Shown here: piece by piece, positions 61,254-64,000 of the stretch
Numbering within the stretch: position 1 is the stretch's first letter
Layout: each line of letters starts with the position of its first letter
Source of the DNA: Nitrosopumilus sp.
Lineage (GTDB): Archaea; Thermoproteota; Nitrososphaeria; Nitrososphaerales; Nitrosopumilaceae
Length of the DNA stretch: 64,000 bases
Assembly: GCA_965238275.1 (NCBI GenBank)
Contig: OZ250186.1
Location: forward strand, 224,001-288,000
Direction: 5' to 3'
Notes under the pieces: model-generated
Seen by the model: the letters and a program-made list of their open reading frames with translations, nothing else
Databases searched by the model: none
Told to the model about the DNA's origin: nothing
Position numbers and translations under genes: made by a program

Positions 61254-61370
61254 TGCTTTTGAATTTGGCATGCGGGAAAGAGTCTTGAAAAACATAATTC
61301 TGCCTATTGTATGCATATATATGTAGTTATCATACAGATATTTAACCGTGCCGTTGAACAGGGTAACTAT

Positions 61371-61511
61371 GTGGCACGCAAGCGAATTACAGTCAGTATC
61401 GATGCCAAGGTCTTGGACTGGATTGACTCCAAGGTAGAGGAGGGATTATTTTTTAACAGATCGCATGGCTTTGAGCATACAATCAAGAAGCGTATGCAAG
61501 AAGAGCCGTAG
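61371..61511 (+). CDS. Ribbon-helix-helix (CopG-like) regulator
   Basis: GTG start; ARKRITVSIDAKVLDWIDSKV....FNRSH. Confidence 0.75.
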   Translation: MARKRITVSIDAKVLDWIDSKVEEGLFFNRSHGFEHTIKKRMQEEP

Positions 61512-61524
61512 GCCCATCACATGA

Positions 61525-61663
61525 ATTACATGAAGGTGTCGGAGATCTTCACGTTCATTTGTCACGTGTAGACCATGCGAACAACAAGCACCCCTGCGTG
61601 CACCCTGTGATCTTTTTCTTTCCGATACGTCCTTTTCAGATCTTCCCGTCTTGTAGCGTCCAT
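61525..61663 (-). pseudogene. 5' remnant of an IS630-like transposase
   Basis: MDATRREDLKRTYRKEKDHRV resembles the N-terminus of the 53883 element (LEKAYRKEKDYRV). Confidence 0.5.
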
Positions 61664-61729
61664 GGCGGCTCTGTTCAAAATTGAATACATGATAACCCTG
61701 GGCCAGCATAAAAAATGACACCATAGATG

Positions 61730-63175
61730 TAGTTTGTTTCACAACCCTGCCCAGCATCCATGCCAGTCATTCCAGAATGGCATCGCCGTCTGCCCATGCC
61801 GCCGTCAAGACGACACAAGCCAACAAAAATCAATACGATGATCAACCATCTTAGGCAGAAAAGCACAAGGATCAGATCAACTGTGTGCAATCATGGACAG
61901 GAATGAAGAAAAACCGGCCAAGCAGAAATCGCGGCTAAAGATAACGCACGCCCAAAACGATGCCAGGTACGTGGAGATGGGCAAGCTGCTCCACCTGCAA
62001 AAGGATCCCGGCTCTGACGGAGAACTGGATCGCATGAACGCAAACAAGAACGGGCGCCCATACCAGTACCCGGACGTGGCCGTGATGGCAATTGCAGGAA
62101 TACGCTCAATCTACGGCACCCTGTCGTACCGAATGTGTCAGGGGATGGCCATGTCGGCACTTGGCCAAGAGGACGCCCCAGACCACGTCACACTGTGGAG
62201 AAGGATACGCGGCATGAAAGTGCGGCAGGAGGGTGGCGTGACTGCAATCCAAAACGGCAGCGACGTCTTGTGCCTGGTGCCTGACGCCACCGGACTCGCA
62301 CCCTCCACGCGCAGCGACTGGATACACCACAAGCACAGAAAGGTGCGCGGATTCATCAAGCTGAGCGTCATGATAAACCAGGAGACGAGGGAAATACTGG
62401 CCTTCAGGGTGACTGACGAGAGGAAAGGCGACTCGTCCCAGTTCAATGATCTCGTAGACGACTCGCTGAAGATTCTCGGCCTGGATGCGGCAGGACTCAG
62501 GGACGGCGTCGGCAAGGCGAAGGTAAGGGAAGCACGGCGTGCAGCAGGTTCCAAAAAATCCCAAAGCAAGGATCATCCCGATGCCGGGGATGTCCCGGAC
62601 GGATCCTGTGCGGCCGGCGTCGAGAACGCGACCGGGCCGTACGGCCGTGTGCCTTTCTGCCCGGTCATGCACGCAGGGGGAGGGCAGATCGTAATAGAAC
62701 TGCGTGGAGATGCAGGATACGACACGAGGGCGATATTCGAATACTGTCACAGATTAGGCATCGTGCCGCTCATCAGGATAAAGAAAAACGCCAACGGCCG
62801 GGCCAATGGAGTGGGCAGGACGCGCGGGCTTGCCGCGCAGGATCAGATGTGTGGCAGCAACCCCAGTCCGAAGAAGCTGGCCTCGCTAGACGTGGACGAA
62901 CGCGTCTCCAACCAAAAGGAATGGAAGGAGCGCGTGGGGTACGGGCGGCGATGGCTGGTAGAGATCGTATTCTCGTCACTCAAAAGGATATTTGGCTGCT
63001 CGGTCAACGCGGTAAAGATGGAAAACATAGTACAAGAGATTGCAATAAGGATCCGGACATACAACATGCTGCTGGCAGTGGCACGTGAGGCGATAGCGAT
63101 GGCGTGAACAAAACGGCCATGTTTTGGCGTCGTTGAAATTTGGATGACGGTAAGGCATAGTTGTGAAACTAACTA
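61730..63175 (+). mobile_element. IS5-family element (1446 bp), copy 3, opposite orientation
   Basis: Same IRs as copies 1-2; 9-bp TSD CCATAGATG at 61721-61729 and 63176-63184. Confidence 0.92.
61893..63107 (+). CDS. IS5-family DDE transposase
   Basis: Protein identical to copies 1 and 2. Confidence 0.9.
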   Translation: MDRNEEKPAKQKSRLKITHAQNDARYVEMGKLLHLQKDPGSDGELDRMNANKNGRPYQYPDVAVMAIAGIRSIYGTLSYRMCQGMAMSALGQEDAPDHVTLWRRIRGMKVRQEGGVTAIQNGSDVLCLVPDATGLAPSTRSDWIHHKHRKVRGFIKLSVMINQETREILAFRVTDERKGDSSQFNDLVDDSLKILGLDAAGLRDGVGKAKVREARRAAGSKKSQSKDHPDAGDVPDGSCAAGVENATGPYGRVPFCPVMHAGGGQIVIELRGDAGYDTRAIFEYCHRLGIVPLIRIKKNANGRANGVGRTRGLAAQDQMCGSNPSPKKLASLDVDERVSNQKEWKERVGYGRRWLVEIVFSSLKRIFGCSVNAVKMENIVQEIAIRIRTYNMLLAVAREAIAMA

Positions 63176-64000
63176 CCATAGATGCAAGGACCCTTGCCCA
63201 CCTGCTGAGGTCCAACCTGGTCGCAGCCTGCCACATAGGCTCGGCCGAATCCAGGGGGATCAAGCAGGTCCTCAGATACCAGATGACCCTGGTGCGGGAC
63301 CGCACTAAAGTGATCAACTCCGTGCACGCGCTGACAGACAAGTACGACATAAATCCAAAAGATGGCGGTGCCCACGTCTGGAACGGAAAGGCCCTGAGGT
63401 ACCTTGAAGAGGCAGACATGAGGAACCTGCAGGACAGGTTCGTGCTAGACGGCTACATATCGCAGATACGCCACTACAACGACGGGATCAAAAGAACCGA
63501 ATGCGAGATCAAGGGATACGTCCGGGACTCCCACGCTCCAAAGATACTGCTGAGCATGACGGGAATGAACGTGTTTTCTGCGGCGCTGCTGGCAGCGGAG
63601 ATCGACACCATCGCAAGGTTTGGGAGTCCAAAAAAGCTGGTATCTTGGGCCGGCATGTGCCCGACGCTTCACCAGTCAGGCGACACGTCATACCACGGCA
63701 GGATGAAAAAGGATTCGAACCGGAAGGTCAACTGGATCATGATCCAGTGCGCGCTTACGGCAGTGCGCCATGACAAGAGGATGAAGGAATACTACACGCG
63801 TCTCATGAAGAGACACAGGCACAACATCGCCATGACGCATGTGGCAAACAAGATGCTGACGATCATCTGGCACATGCTGACAGAAGGCAACCTGTACGAG
63901 GATAGAAACGAGAAACTGTACCGCGCCAAGATCAAAGAGGTCATGAGGGCGTAGACGCGGAACCGGCGGTGTCAGTAGACGATGATGATGCCGGATCTAG

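Larger units (their letters stand above)
61696..63954 (+). pseudogene. IS110-family transposase, 5'-truncated and interrupted by IS5 copy 3
   Basis: ASIKNDT|IDAR rejoins across the TSD (KxDxxDA motif); LLSMTGM, WAGMCP..HQSG, HVANKML..IWHML. Confidence 0.85.

Noticed and set aside
63163-63175. ORF-track start of an intact 263-aa IS110 transposase
   Set aside because: The start lies inside the IS5 inverted repeat; the gene is a truncated, interrupted remnant
34340-64000. attR copy of the tRNA-Lys 3' end
   Set aside because: Not found by eye in this window, so the island's right boundary is not called

Overview
Archaeal DNA from an ammonia-oxidising thaumarchaeon (Nitrosopumilaceae-like). The assignment is inferred from the 11-subunit complex I operon nuoABCDHIJKMLN, the 3HP/4HB-cycle acetyl/propionyl-CoA carboxylase genes, the RFC large subunit and archaeal-type tRNAs, one with a non-canonical intron. 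Bases 1-27.5 kb are mostly core genome with no IS elements, plus an HTH-MNT/HEPN toxin-antitoxin islet and an unannotated four-CxxC microprotein. From 27.6 kb roughly half the DNA is insertion sequences (IS481, several IS5-type, ISH3, IS66, IS630, IS110), many with readable inverted repeats (IRs) and target-site duplications (TSDs). An integrated element starts at tRNA-Lys (34.3 kb). It carries an IS-interrupted tyrosine integrase, an AbrB-like gene, a ~1.5 kb largely non-coding region, a type IIG-like methyltransferase / PLD-SNF2 helicase / HEPN-like cluster and a DUF488 gene pair. The most unusual signal is in that non-coding region: five sequence-variable hairpins with 3-nt loops, spaced 25-27 bp apart (39625-39750), near a 4x28-bp tandem repeat. 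All calls come from reading the sequence and recognising motifs; no database search was run.
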